Both the position numbers and the translations under genes were made by a program. This document shows positions 9,561 through 19,141 of a stretch of DNA of 64,000 nucleotides, in pieces. Origin of the DNA: an archaeon (GTDB lineage: Archaea > Iainarchaeota > Iainarchaeia > Iainarchaeales > 0-14-0-20-34-12); the NCBI GenBank assembly GCA_038046645.1, contig JBBSVU010000006.1, positions 10,304 to 74,303 of the forward strand, in the 5' to 3' direction. Within the stretch, counting starts at the first letter, position 1. The number at the start of each line of letters is the position of its first letter. Under the pieces are notes generated by a model. It did not search any database. It was given only the letters and a program-made list of their open reading frames with translations, and was not told where the DNA came from.

Positions 9561-11429
9561 TTAAATTCTTTCTGCCTGCTTAACTATTGGTATTCTATTT
9601 ATGTCTGATAAAATCTGTTTTAGTTGGTCGCTTTTTGGCATATCTAGTTCTAATTCTATTTTAACGAGGTTTCCACTCTCATAATTTGCTTTTGTCGTTT
9701 TTACTAAAGATTTGTTGCGCTCAATTATTTTTAGTATGTCTGGGAGAAGATGAGGATAATCTACTGCAGTTAATGCAATCTTAGTGGAATATGTCTTTTC
9801 TTTCAAGCCCCCGAGCAAAAAGGGAGCTAATTTACTAATATCGCTTTTTATCCCTGTACAGTCTTTTCTATGTATTGTTGCTTTTCTTTTTGTTGTTTTA
9901 TATGAAACAACAATATCCCCCGGCAGTGGGTTACAACATTTTGCCAGCCTTATTTTTTCATATGGGTTTAAGATTTTCATTTTATCTTCTTTTTGTTTTA
10001 TCCCACCTAAAGACATGCCTAATTTTTTCCTGATTTTCATCCTTGCTCTATCCGTTTTTACAAAGTTTATCCATTGTTTTTTTATTTCATCCTTTTCCCC
10101 CTTTAATATTTCTACTGCATCCCCATTTACTAGCTCATAATCCAAGCCAACAGGTTTTTTATTTACTAGCACTTTTTTGCATTTGCTCCCTAAATCAGTG
10201 TGTATTTCAAAAGCAAAATCTAAAGCAGTACTGCCTGCCGGCAAAAGTACAACATCATTCTTTGGGGTAACAACAAATATTTTATTAGTCCCAAATTCAA
10301 TCTTTAATGATTCAAGCATGTTGCTTTTTGCCTTCCAATTCATTATTTGTTTTGCTAAAATAAGTTTTTTGTCAAAGAAAGGGTCTCTCCAGAATTTTTT
10401 ATACTGCCAGTGTGCGGCAAGCCCATCTTCAGCATCTTGGTGCATATCATAAGTCCTTATTTGTATTTCTACTTTATTTTTTCCCCAGCCTATTACTGTG
10501 TGAATGGACCGATACCTATTTGATTTTGGGTGTGCAATATAATCATCAAAATGTGGAAATTGGTTATATGCCCCATGAATTATCCCTAATATTGTGTAGC
10601 ACTCCTCTACGCTATTGCATATCACCCTTATGCCTAGTAAATCTGCCAAGTCAGAGACCTTTTTCCCTTGTGATTGTGTTTTTTTGAAGATGCTATAAAA
10701 GCTTTTAGGCCTTCCATAAATAGTTGCTTCAATACCCTGCTGTTTTAATTTTTCATTCAAATCTACAATTATTTCCTTTATTACCTTCTCTCTTTTTTCC
10801 CGCGTTTCCACAATTTCTTTTTTAATTGAGTAATATGCTTCGGGATTTAATATTTTGAAGCTTAAATCCCTAAGCTCCCAAGATATTTCATATAACCCTA
10901 ATTTATGCGCAATTGGGGCGTATACCTCTTCAGTCAGTTTTGCTAATTCATAAGTTTTTTGCTTTGGCATGTTTTGGGTATTCCTTAGATTATCTAAAGC
11001 CCCCGCGATTTCAACAAAAATAGTCCTGATGTCATTTGCAAGTATTAATATAATTAATCGTAGTTTGTCATTATTTAGTTTCCCAAAGTTTCTCCCGATT
11101 ACTTCGCTTATCTTTGCAGCTTCTTCAGAGATATTTGCTGCGTCTTTACCAACTAAATTTTCTAATGTTTTTTTCTGGTCAAGGTTGTTGTCCAAGAAAT
11201 CATGAGTTAATCCTGCACATATTGTCGTAAAATCCATATGTTGCTCGGCTAAACTAGTTGATACATTCAATAAATGTGAAATAAATGGCTTTCCAGATTC
11301 ACGTTTCTTTTCAGCATATTGTTTGTTTATAAAATCAAACGTCTTTTTAAGTAGTTCTGCATCGTATTCTGAATTGTATTTCCCCAGCTCTAGCTTTAGG
11401 TCTTCAAATGATGCATCAACATATCTCAT
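9561..11429 (-). CDS. Long RelA/SpoT homologue (RSH): HD hydrolase + (p)ppGpp synthetase + TGS + CC + ACT domains
   Basis: HD domain (ISHLLNV...LTHD). Synthetase motifs GRPKSFYSIFKK, DLLGIRVICNS, YIAHPKSNRYRSIHTVI, EIQIRTYDMHQDAEDGLAAHWQYK. TGS box KIFVVTPKNDVVLLPAGSTALDFAFEIHTDLG. KCCNPLPGD. Confidence 0.8.
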   Translation of the reverse strand: MRYVDASFEDLKLELGKYNSEYDAELLKKTFDFINKQYAEKKRESGKPFISHLLNVSTSLAEQHMDFTTICAGLTHDFLDNNLDQKKTLENLVGKDAANISEEAAKISEVIGRNFGKLNNDKLRLIILILANDIRTIFVEIAGALDNLRNTQNMPKQKTYELAKLTEEVYAPIAHKLGLYEISWELRDLSFKILNPEAYYSIKKEIVETREKREKVIKEIIVDLNEKLKQQGIEATIYGRPKSFYSIFKKTQSQGKKVSDLADLLGIRVICNSVEECYTILGIIHGAYNQFPHFDDYIAHPKSNRYRSIHTVIGWGKNKVEIQIRTYDMHQDAEDGLAAHWQYKKFWRDPFFDKKLILAKQIMNWKAKSNMLESLKIEFGTNKIFVVTPKNDVVLLPAGSTALDFAFEIHTDLGSKCKKVLVNKKPVGLDYELVNGDAVEILKGEKDEIKKQWINFVKTDRARMKIRKKLGMSLGGIKQKEDKMKILNPYEKIRLAKCCNPLPGDIVVSYKTTKRKATIHRKDCTGIKSDISKLAPFLLGGLKEKTYSTKIALTAVDYPHLLPDILKIIERNKSLVKTTKANYESGNLVKIELELDMPKSDQLKQILSDINRIPIVKQAERI

Positions 11430-11503
11430 AAATAACTTAAATCACCTCTCTTTAAATCCTTTTTCGCCTTCATAATTAAATACTTTTTGTTGGTTATTCT
11501 TTT

Positions 11504-12172
11504 ATGGAAAGAATTCTTTTTATTAATTTTAAGACTTATGAACAATCCACAGGCAAAAATGCCTTGAAATTAGCAAAAATTGCCGAGTCAGCCGCAAAAA
11601 AACACAATAAAAAAATAGTCCTTGTAGTGCAGCCTTTTGATTTGCAAGAAATTGCAAAGTCAGTTAGATTAGAAATTTTTGCACAACACATTGACCCTGT
11701 TGTTTATGGGGCAAATACCGGCAGCATTCTGCCTGAAGCTGTGAAGCAAGCTGGCGCTATTGGCACTATTTTAAACCATGCTGAAAAAAAGGTGGATGAT
11801 TTCTTTTTGGAAAAAGCGATTGCTAGGGCAAAAGAGGTTAACTTAAAGGTAATGTGCTGCGCTGAGAATATTGAAAGGGCAAAGAAAATAGCCTCATTTA
11901 AGGCTAAGCCAGATTTGATTGCAATTGAGCCGCCTGAATTAATTGGTGGAACAATTTCAGTTTCAGAAGCAAAGCCTGAAATAATTGAGGATGCGGTAAA
12001 AGAGATTCATAAAATAGCAAATATTGATGTAGTAACTGGGGCAGGCATAAATACTGTAAAAGATGTAGCCAAAGCAATTGAGCTTGGTTGTGTCGGGGTA
12101 TTTGTTGCATCATCCATAGTAAAATCAAATAACCCTGAGAAAGCAATTGAGGAATTGCTTTCCGGATTATGA
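11504..12172 (+). CDS. tpiA: Triosephosphate isomerase (short archaeal type)
   Basis: INFKTY start, NHAEKK, IAIEPPELIGG and TGAGI motifs. 222 aa. Confidence 0.85.
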   Translation: MERILFINFKTYEQSTGKNALKLAKIAESAAKKHNKKIVLVVQPFDLQEIAKSVRLEIFAQHIDPVVYGANTGSILPEAVKQAGAIGTILNHAEKKVDDFFLEKAIARAKEVNLKVMCCAENIERAKKIASFKAKPDLIAIEPPELIGGTISVSEAKPEIIEDAVKEIHKIANIDVVTGAGINTVKDVAKAIELGCVGVFVASSIVKSNNPEKAIEELLSGL

Positions 12173-12288
12173 CATGATTTTTCGCCCGCACGGTTAAAAT
12201 ATCGACATTTGTTAAATTATCTGAAAAATATTAGCATACTGTATTTATACTTTTTTATATTGAATATATCAGTTATATCATTTGGTGA

Positions 12289-13437
12289 GTGGTTGTTATG
12301 GATTTGTCTGATTTTAAGGTAAAAGATCTTATTTCGAAAGAATATCTTGCTTTGAATGTTGAAGATACACTTAGTGCTTATGTGGGTAAAATAGAATCCT
12401 GGAAACACGCAGAGGGATTAGTTTTTGATGATACTAATTCATTTAAAGGGATAATTTCTTTCAAAGGTTTGCTTAGGAAAAAAATAGACCCTTCCCAAGT
12501 TAAACTCAAAAAATTAATTGTTCAATTTCCAAAAATAAATGAAGAAGATAATATCATAAAGGTTGCTGAGTTGATGTATTATTCTGGTGCAAGGCTGCTT
12601 CCAGTCTTTTCAGGAAGTTCTTTTGCTGGCGTTATTTATGCGCAAGATATTATAAAGCAACTAGGAAAAGTTGATGATTTTAGGAAGATACGGGCTGAAG
12701 AGCTTGCAACCCAAAAACCACAATGCTTGAAAGAGTCTGACTCTTTTGAAAAAGCCTTACTTTTAATGGATAATACAAGAGTTAGAAAAATTCCAATAGT
12801 TAATAAAGAAGGAAGATTAACTGGCCTGTTGCTTATGGAAGATGCCCTAAAAAGGTACTATTCAAACATTTCAGCGCCAATGCAAATTTACGGGGCCAGC
12901 CCGCAAAGTCATTTTCCTGAAAAAACAGACCTTCTGAAGGTTTCAATAACTAGGGATATCAGCACAGATTATGCTGAAATTACCGAAAATGAAACATTGC
13001 CCCAAATTTTAAGTTCATTCCAGATTGATAAGGGGGTAATAATTACCAAGAACGGAATTCCGAGTGGGATAATTACTGCTAAAAATTTGTTGCAATTATT
13101 CTTAAGATTGAAGAAAGAAGAGAGAAATATTAGAATTAGCGATATGCCTGCTTTGGATGAAATAGATAAAGCAAAAGCAATTAATACAATAAATAAAACA
13201 TATGATAAAATTGACCGTATTTTAGGGAATAAACCAATGGTTTATTTTTATTTTAAGCATTATGCAAAGGAAGGGATGAGAAAAAAACATGTTGTGCATA
13301 TCAGAACTGCAGTTGGCAGCAAGAAGATCATAGTTGAGAAAAATGATTGGAAATTTCTTAATTGCCTACAGGATGTTTGTTCAGCATTTGAGACAGCAGT
13401 AATAAGGCAGTTCAAGAAAAAAGATTACCGGAAATAA
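12289..13437 (+). CDS. CBS-domain protein (multiple CBS pairs plus ~100-aa C-terminal domain)
   Basis: Repeated CBS-like segments of the form (V/I)xGIIS-KDLL. Confidence 0.65.
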   Translation: MVVMDLSDFKVKDLISKEYLALNVEDTLSAYVGKIESWKHAEGLVFDDTNSFKGIISFKGLLRKKIDPSQVKLKKLIVQFPKINEEDNIIKVAELMYYSGARLLPVFSGSSFAGVIYAQDIIKQLGKVDDFRKIRAEELATQKPQCLKESDSFEKALLLMDNTRVRKIPIVNKEGRLTGLLLMEDALKRYYSNISAPMQIYGASPQSHFPEKTDLLKVSITRDISTDYAEITENETLPQILSSFQIDKGVIITKNGIPSGIITAKNLLQLFLRLKKEERNIRISDMPALDEIDKAKAINTINKTYDKIDRILGNKPMVYFYFKHYAKEGMRKKHVVHIRTAVGSKKIIVEKNDWKFLNCLQDVCSAFETAVIRQFKKKDYRK

Positions 13438-13718
13438 ATTGCATTGAAATGGGCATCTAAAGATCGAAGATGTTAAGCGAGGCAAATTTAGCCTATTAAA
13501 TTGCTTAATTCCGTACTCCGATAGCACCCAAAGCATAGACTACCGTTGCTTTCTTCCGAACCTGGCGGGGTTCTTCTATGTAAAGGGCCTATTGGAACAG
13601 AATATCATTGCAATATAACAGATTTGCATTGCAAAACAAATCCTTTCTTTAGCATTCAGCCCCAGCGTATAGCGGATTTCTGGTTACAAGGAACCGCTAA
13701 CTCCCCAGCCTAGCCCAA
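13430..13718 (-). ncRNA. Signal recognition particle RNA (7S/SRP RNA)
   Basis: Lies in a 360-bp ORF-free gap. The RNA-sense strand begins GGGCUAGGCUGGGGAGUUAGCGGUUCCUUGUAACCAGAAAUCCGCUAUACGCUGGGGCUGAA, an Alu-domain consensus with CUGUAACC. It contains the helix-8 SRP54-binding hairpin CCAGGUUCGGAAGAAAGCAACGGUAG with a GGAA tetraloop. A TATA box TTTATAAAA lies about 25 nt upstream of the 5' G. The 3' end is approximate. Confidence 0.6.
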
Positions 13719-13796
13719 ATATTTTTCGTTAATTGTTTTTATAAAGCAGATTGTTGTCGGCAAACTGTTTTAATTAATTGCTGATAATGTATATTT

Positions 13797-14936
13797 ATGG
13801 ATATTTTTGAGCAATCTTTGATTAGTCATGGCAAATGGAAAGGCAAGATTTCTACTTCAGCAAAGGTCAAATTAAAAAACAAAAAATTGCTCTCTTTAGC
13901 ATATACCCCCGGGGTAGCAGAACCCTGCAAAAAGATTGCACTGAACAAGAATAGTCTTTATAACTATACAATAAAATCAAATTCTGTTGCAGTAATTAGT
14001 GACGGATCAGCTATTTTGGGTTTGGGGAATCTTGGAGCCGAAGCAGCTATCCCGGTTATGGAAGGCAAAGCCTTGATATTCAAAGAGTTTGCAAATATTG
14101 ATGCATTTCCTATTGTGATTAAAAATCAAAACCCTGAAAAAATTGTTGAAATAATTGAAAATATCTCCCCTGTGTTTGGTGCAATAAACCTTGAGGATAT
14201 TGCAGCGCCAAAATGTTTTTACATAGAAGAAAACTTGCAAAATTTGGGCATACCTGTTTTTCATGATGACCAGCATGCTACAGCTGTTGTGGTTCTTGCA
14301 GGCTTGTTTAATTCCTTAAAATTAGCAAAAAAGGAATTTTCTGATTGCAAAATAGTAATTAATGGCATAGGGGCTGCAGGTACTGCTATTACTAGATTAC
14401 TTTTGAGTTATGGCAAGCCTAAGGAGATTTTATTGTGTGATAAATATGGCCTTTTAGACCCACTAGATGTAAGAATTAGCGAAGAACAAAAACAATTAGC
14501 TAGAGAAATAGGTCAGTCCAGAAAAGGTTCACTTGCGGATTCTTTAGAAAATGCTGATATTTTTATTGGGGTGTCAGCACCAAATATCATCTCTAAAGAT
14601 ATGGTTAAATCAATGAGTAAAAAGCCAATAATTTTTGCTTTGGCTAATCCAATCTCGGAGATTTCACCGAAAGAAGCTAAAAAGGCTGGTGCCTTTATTG
14701 TTGCAACCGGAAGAAGTGATTTTCCAAACCAAGTTAATAATGCATTGGTGTTCCCGGGATTTTTTAAGGGTTTGCTTGATTCAAGGGCAAAAAAAGCTAC
14801 GTTGAAGATGAAATTAGCAGCAGCTTTTGCCCTTGCTAATATTGAAAAACCAAGTACTGAGAAAATATTACCGAATATTTTTAACAAAAAAATAGTTCCT
14901 TCAATTGCGAAGGCAGTCATAAATGCAAGCAAGTGA
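13797..14936 (+). CDS. NAD(P)-dependent malic enzyme (short type)
   Basis: SLAYTPGVA motif and the NAD-binding motif GIGAAG. 379 aa. Confidence 0.85.
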   Translation: MDIFEQSLISHGKWKGKISTSAKVKLKNKKLLSLAYTPGVAEPCKKIALNKNSLYNYTIKSNSVAVISDGSAILGLGNLGAEAAIPVMEGKALIFKEFANIDAFPIVIKNQNPEKIVEIIENISPVFGAINLEDIAAPKCFYIEENLQNLGIPVFHDDQHATAVVVLAGLFNSLKLAKKEFSDCKIVINGIGAAGTAITRLLLSYGKPKEILLCDKYGLLDPLDVRISEEQKQLAREIGQSRKGSLADSLENADIFIGVSAPNIISKDMVKSMSKKPIIFALANPISEISPKEAKKAGAFIVATGRSDFPNQVNNALVFPGFFKGLLDSRAKKATLKMKLAAAFALANIEKPSTEKILPNIFNKKIVPSIAKAVINASK

Positions 14937-15796
14937 TTTTTATGCAGTTTAAAGAAGATTTGGGAAATGCATTAGTTGAGTTATATAAGATAACCTCGAA
15001 CGTTTTGCCCTCAGATGTTATTTCTGCATTAAAAAAAGCACAGGAAACAGAAAAAGGCAATTCTAAACTTTTCATAGACTTTATTTTACAAAATATTGAA
15101 ATAGCAAAGCAGGAATCTAGGCCTATTTGCCAAGATACTGGTTTCCCTTTCTTTATTGTTTATTGCCCTAAAGGCGAATCAACTAAAGAGCTTGCGGAAA
15201 TAATCCATTCATCATCCGAAAAAGCAACTGCTAATTTCCTTAGGCCTAATTCAGTTAATCCTATTTCAGAAAAGAATATTGGAAATATTCCAGAAATACA
15301 TTTTAGGGAATGGGATAAAAACTATTTGCAGTTTGATTTGATGTTGAAGGGGGCTGGCAGTGAAAATGTTTCTTTTCAATACTCTTTGCCTGATATTTCT
15401 TTGAATGCACATCGGGATTTTGAGGGGGTTTTCAAATGCGCCTTGGATGCAGTTTTTAGAGCGCAGGGCAATGGCTGCCCCCCGGGCATTTTAGGGCTTT
15501 GTATTGGCGGTTCTAAAAATAATTCAATGCTTGAGGCAAAAAAACAGCTTTTCAGAAAGATTGATGATGTCAATTCAGATAAAAGGCTGGCTTTGCTTGA
15601 AAAAAACATTCTTTCTAAATCAAATAAATTAAAAATAGGGCCAGCAGGTTTAGGTGGCAAAAATACTTTGTTGGCTGTCAAAGCAACTGTTTTGCCAAGG
15701 CATCCTGCATCCTACTTTGTTTCTTTTTCCTATTCCTGTTGGGCTTTAAGAAGGCATTCGCTTAGATTCAAGGAAGGGGTGATTAAGTTTGATTAA
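14933..15796 (+). CDS. Class I fumarate hydratase / Fe-S hydro-lyase alpha subunit
   Basis: ICQDTGFPFF motif of the TtdA/FumA alpha family. Overlaps the start of the beta subunit gene. Confidence 0.8.
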   Translation: MIFMQFKEDLGNALVELYKITSNVLPSDVISALKKAQETEKGNSKLFIDFILQNIEIAKQESRPICQDTGFPFFIVYCPKGESTKELAEIIHSSSEKATANFLRPNSVNPISEKNIGNIPEIHFREWDKNYLQFDLMLKGAGSENVSFQYSLPDISLNAHRDFEGVFKCALDAVFRAQGNGCPPGILGLCIGGSKNNSMLEAKKQLFRKIDDVNSDKRLALLEKNILSKSNKLKIGPAGLGGKNTLLAVKATVLPRHPASYFVSFSYSCWALRRHSLRFKEGVIKFD

Positions 15797-16361
15797 ACTT
15801 AAGCTGCCGATCACTCCTAAAAAATTAAATGATTTAAATGTTGGTGACTATGTGGAGATATCCGGCAGAATATTTACTGCAAGAGACAAAGCTAGTAGAT
15901 GGTTATCATCAGAAAAAATCCCTGAAAAATTAAGTTCAAAGATAAAAAATTCCGTGATTTACCATTGTGGCCCAATCATGGCAGGAAAAAAATCCTTTGT
16001 TGCACTATCAGCAGGGCCAACAACCAGCGAAAGAATGTTCCCTTATTTAACTGATTTAAATAAAAAATATAGGGTTAAGGCAGTTATTGGAAAAGGGGGT
16101 TTTAGGAATACAAATATTTTCAAGAAAAATAAAATGGTATATTTGCATTCTTTAAGTGGGTGTGGAGCATTGCTCGCAAAGAAAATTATAAAAGTGCATT
16201 CAGTATTCGGGCTGAAAGAATTTGGGATGCCTGAAGCAATATGGGAAATTGAAGTAAAAGATTTTCCAGTTTTAGTAACAATAGATAGCAAAGGGAATAA
16301 TCTCCACGATAAGATTTATGCTGAATCTGGAAAAATTGCTAAAAAATTGGAAAACAGTTAG
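15789..16361 (+). CDS. Class I fumarate hydratase beta subunit
   Basis: LNVGDYVEISGRIFTARDKA beta-subunit (swivel domain) signature. Translationally coupled to the alpha subunit. Confidence 0.8.
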   Translation: MIKLKLPITPKKLNDLNVGDYVEISGRIFTARDKASRWLSSEKIPEKLSSKIKNSVIYHCGPIMAGKKSFVALSAGPTTSERMFPYLTDLNKKYRVKAVIGKGGFRNTNIFKKNKMVYLHSLSGCGALLAKKIIKVHSVFGLKEFGMPEAIWEIEVKDFPVLVTIDSKGNNLHDKIYAESGKIAKKLENS

Positions 16362-16416
16362 AAAAATAGGTGAAATATTCCCCACCTATTCTCCAAAACT
16401 GCAGATTTTTAGGTGA

Positions 16417-17373
16417 TTATTTATCTTCCTCTAAATCCTCGATTCCATTTTCAGTTATCTGGTAAATGGCTTCTCCGTCTGGCAAGAATGGGGAATCAAC
16501 AAGCTTTGCCACTCTTTTTGATGCCTTGCTCTTTCTGAGATATAATCGAGTTTTAGAAGCATGCCCTACTACATGTCCACCTATTGGGGCAGTAGGATCT
16601 CCGAATAGTATATCAGGCCTGCTCATTACCTGATTTGTTACAAGAACTGCAATATTATGGGCCTCAGCTAACTTCATCAGTTGCCTCATATGTTTGTTTA
16701 ATTTCTGTTGTCTTTCAGCTAAAAGGCCTCTTCCAATATATTCAGATCTAAACTGTGCGGTTAACGAATCCACAATTAACAGTTTGATATTTTTCTCCTT
16801 AATTATTTGGTCTGCTTTTTCAGTAAGAATCATTTGATGATCAGCATTATATGCCTTTGCAACAAAAATATTTTTTAGTGTTTTTTCCGGTTCCAAACCT
16901 TTTGCCTTTGCAATACTTACAATTCTTTCTGGCCTAAATGATGATTCAGAATCAATGTACAAAGTATTTCCCCCCAATCCTCCTTTATCTTTTGCTAATT
17001 GGACCATTACTGCTAACTGGAAACACCATTGGGTTTTGCTTGAAGACATCTCACCATATACCTCAGTAATGCTTTGGGTTTCTACCCCCCCTCCAAGCAA
17101 AGTATCTAATTCATTGCTCCCTGTGCTTATCTTCCCAATTATTTCCCTTCTTTTAAGTATCTTTTCCGCGCTTTCAAAACCCATATCAAGGGCATCCCTG
17201 GCGGCTTTAATTATCTTTTCAGCGGTTTTTTCCCCTAATTCTGCCACTTCCATCAATTCCCTTGGGGAAGCCACAGCAATATTCTCCAATGATTTATAAT
17301 TAGCTTTATATAGTTTCTCGGCTGCTTGCGGTCCAACACCAGGCAAGTCAGTAATTTCCTTTATTTCTGCCAT
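16417..17373 (-). CDS. radA: DNA repair and recombination protein RadA
   Basis: N-terminal HhH (DLPGVGPQAAEKL) followed by a RecA core with GEMSSSKTQ Walker A. 318 aa. Confidence 0.9.
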   Translation of the reverse strand: MAEIKEITDLPGVGPQAAEKLYKANYKSLENIAVASPRELMEVAELGEKTAEKIIKAARDALDMGFESAEKILKRREIIGKISTGSNELDTLLGGGVETQSITEVYGEMSSSKTQWCFQLAVMVQLAKDKGGLGGNTLYIDSESSFRPERIVSIAKAKGLEPEKTLKNIFVAKAYNADHQMILTEKADQIIKEKNIKLLIVDSLTAQFRSEYIGRGLLAERQQKLNKHMRQLMKLAEAHNIAVLVTNQVMSRPDILFGDPTAPIGGHVVGHASKTRLYLRKSKASKRVAKLVDSPFLPDGEAIYQITENGIEDLEEDK

Positions 17374-17454
17374 TTTTTCACCATACTATGCTTGTGCGAT
17401 TTTTTATTTATAAATGCTTTGGAAGAGTAGATTTCCCCTGAACTCCGTCTTTTC

Positions 17455-17757
17455 TTTTTCTCTTAGGAAGAGAAAAAGAAAATATAGGCTGTCAAAAGAA
17501 AAAGAGAAAAGAAAATATGGGTTGCCGAAAGAAAAGAGAAAGAAAAAGTAGGTTACAACTAATATCAAAGGACAAAAATAAAGAAACAAAAGTCGTCCTT
17601 TGATGGCTATAAAAAGACATTATAAAAGTTTCTAGATTAATGTCTTTTTATATAAAATCCAAGGGATTTTAGTGTACATTAAAATTCATAAGAATTTTAA
17701 TTGTATTAAGAGAAAGAAAACTTTGGTTGCCAAGAAAAAGAAAAGAGAATGTAAGTT
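17455..17757. repeat. Degenerate purine-rich ~33-bp tandem repeats (3 + 2 units, core GAAAAGAGAAA...TRGGTTGCCRAAAG) flanking two hairpins (17566-17601, 17611-17648)
   Basis: Read directly from the sequence. Located between the RPA stop and the radA start. The hairpins are followed by T-runs on the minus strand (likely RPA terminators). The repeats lie in the radA upstream region. Confidence 0.5.
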
Positions 17758-17792
17758 GCTATTAAAAATAACTGATTTATACTTGGCCTTTG

Positions 17793-19094
17793 TTATGGTA
17801 GGTTAAAACTTCTTACCCCTACTCCTAATTTATCTTCAAATGTATTCTTTCTCACATTGCCTTCTAGTTCAATCTTTTTTCCTAAAATGTTGTTTGAAAT
17901 TTCCTCAATAAGGTCATCGCTATTTTTTGTTTCTAATTCACTTTTAATTTTATCCGCTTCCTTCCCAATTATTGCCTCAGCGTTTTCCCTGAAAAATGTT
18001 GTGTCAATGCTGCCTGTGCCGTCATCTACTGTTAATGAAATTATCGCGGTGGGCATCCCCTTTTGTTTGCATTCATCACATTCCCCTGTTTCCCTGTTCA
18101 CTTTCTTGCTGCACTGCGGGCAGCTGTCATAAACAAGCCTTCCGCGGTTTACTGAAAGGATTGTGCCAGAAATTTTTATTCTTGAATCAGTTTCAGTTAT
18201 CTCTGATATTTTTTTTTCAACAGCCGATTTTATGCCCCCAAGCTCTTCTAATTCAGGAATTTTTTCTTCTGTTTTTGGGGTTTTTAAAACTCTGGCAGAA
18301 TACCCTAAATGCAATTCAATATCCTTTAATCCTTGTTTGGTATAAGCCCCCTCAATTTTAATTAAATCGCCTGCTTTTAATTTTAAAATCTCATCAACCA
18401 TATCATTCCATGCAGTAGCCCTTATTGCCTTTGTCCCGTCATTTAGCATGAAATTTATTACCCCCTTTTTTATTCCATCTTTTTCAAAATAGTTTACAGG
18501 AAAAATATTTATTACCCGGGCTATCACATCAACATTCTGCAACCCCTCTTTTATTTCATTTAATTTCATCAGATTATTTGATTCACTTAATATGATAGTT
18601 TCATTTGTATTCTTATCAATCTGCGAGGAAAAGCCAATATTCAAAGAAGGTTTTTCATTGAACATCGAAATATAGCAATTTTTAAGCAGCAGGATGTGAT
18701 TCTTCTGCACATCTTCAAGCTCTTTTACGTGGTTATGCCAGGCGGTTGCCCTGCATTCCCCGGTTTCATCTTCCACAAGCATATTGCACAACAGCCCTTT
18801 TTTCCCGTTTTTCTCAAACTTTTTTGGTGCATAAATGTGTTTTACCCGCACTAAAATTGTAACTGTTTGCATGCCCTCTTTTAACTCATTTATTTTCGAC
18901 CTTACAACATTAGCTTCCAAATCAATTCCATAATCCTTTGCAACCATAAATGCTGCGCCTTCCTTGCTTAAAAGCCCAGCCATTTTTTTTTGCTTTCTGT
19001 CTATTTTATCAAGGATTTCTTCATTGCTCTTGCCTGTCTCCTTTATTATCCTTTCAAGAATGCTTTCAAAATTTGCCGCTTGCATAGTATTCAA
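17793..19094 (-). CDS. Replication protein A (ssDNA-binding, OB folds + zinc ribbon)
   Basis: Tandem OB-fold pattern and the zinc ribbon CPQCSKKVNRETGECDECKQ. Confidence 0.8.
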   Translation of the reverse strand: MNTMQAANFESILERIIKETGKSNEEILDKIDRKQKKMAGLLSKEGAAFMVAKDYGIDLEANVVRSKINELKEGMQTVTILVRVKHIYAPKKFEKNGKKGLLCNMLVEDETGECRATAWHNHVKELEDVQKNHILLLKNCYISMFNEKPSLNIGFSSQIDKNTNETIILSESNNLMKLNEIKEGLQNVDVIARVINIFPVNYFEKDGIKKGVINFMLNDGTKAIRATAWNDMVDEILKLKAGDLIKIEGAYTKQGLKDIELHLGYSARVLKTPKTEEKIPELEELGGIKSAVEKKISEITETDSRIKISGTILSVNRGRLVYDSCPQCSKKVNRETGECDECKQKGMPTAIISLTVDDGTGSIDTTFFRENAEAIIGKEADKIKSELETKNSDDLIEEISNNILGKKIELEGNVRKNTFEDKLGVGVRSFNLP

Positions 19095-19141
19095 TTATCC
19101 CTTACAAACAATTTTAACCTTATGCGAACCAGCATTATTTT

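Noticed and set aside
9784-11205. Four plus-strand ORFs (75-118 aa) inside the RSH gene
   Set aside because: Antisense to a confidently identified 622-aa multi-domain gene. Ser/Phe/Leu-rich antisense artefacts.
17404-17589. 61-aa ORF (MFLYFCPLILVVTYFFFLFSF...) on the minus strand
   Set aside because: Translation of the purine-rich tandem repeats (poly-Phe/Leu from TTT/CTT-rich antisense). It is low-complexity and intergenic.
17455-17757. Possible CRISPR array
   Set aside because: The repeats are degenerate and purine-rich, with variable unit content and no regular spacer alternation. No cas genes are present anywhere in the window.
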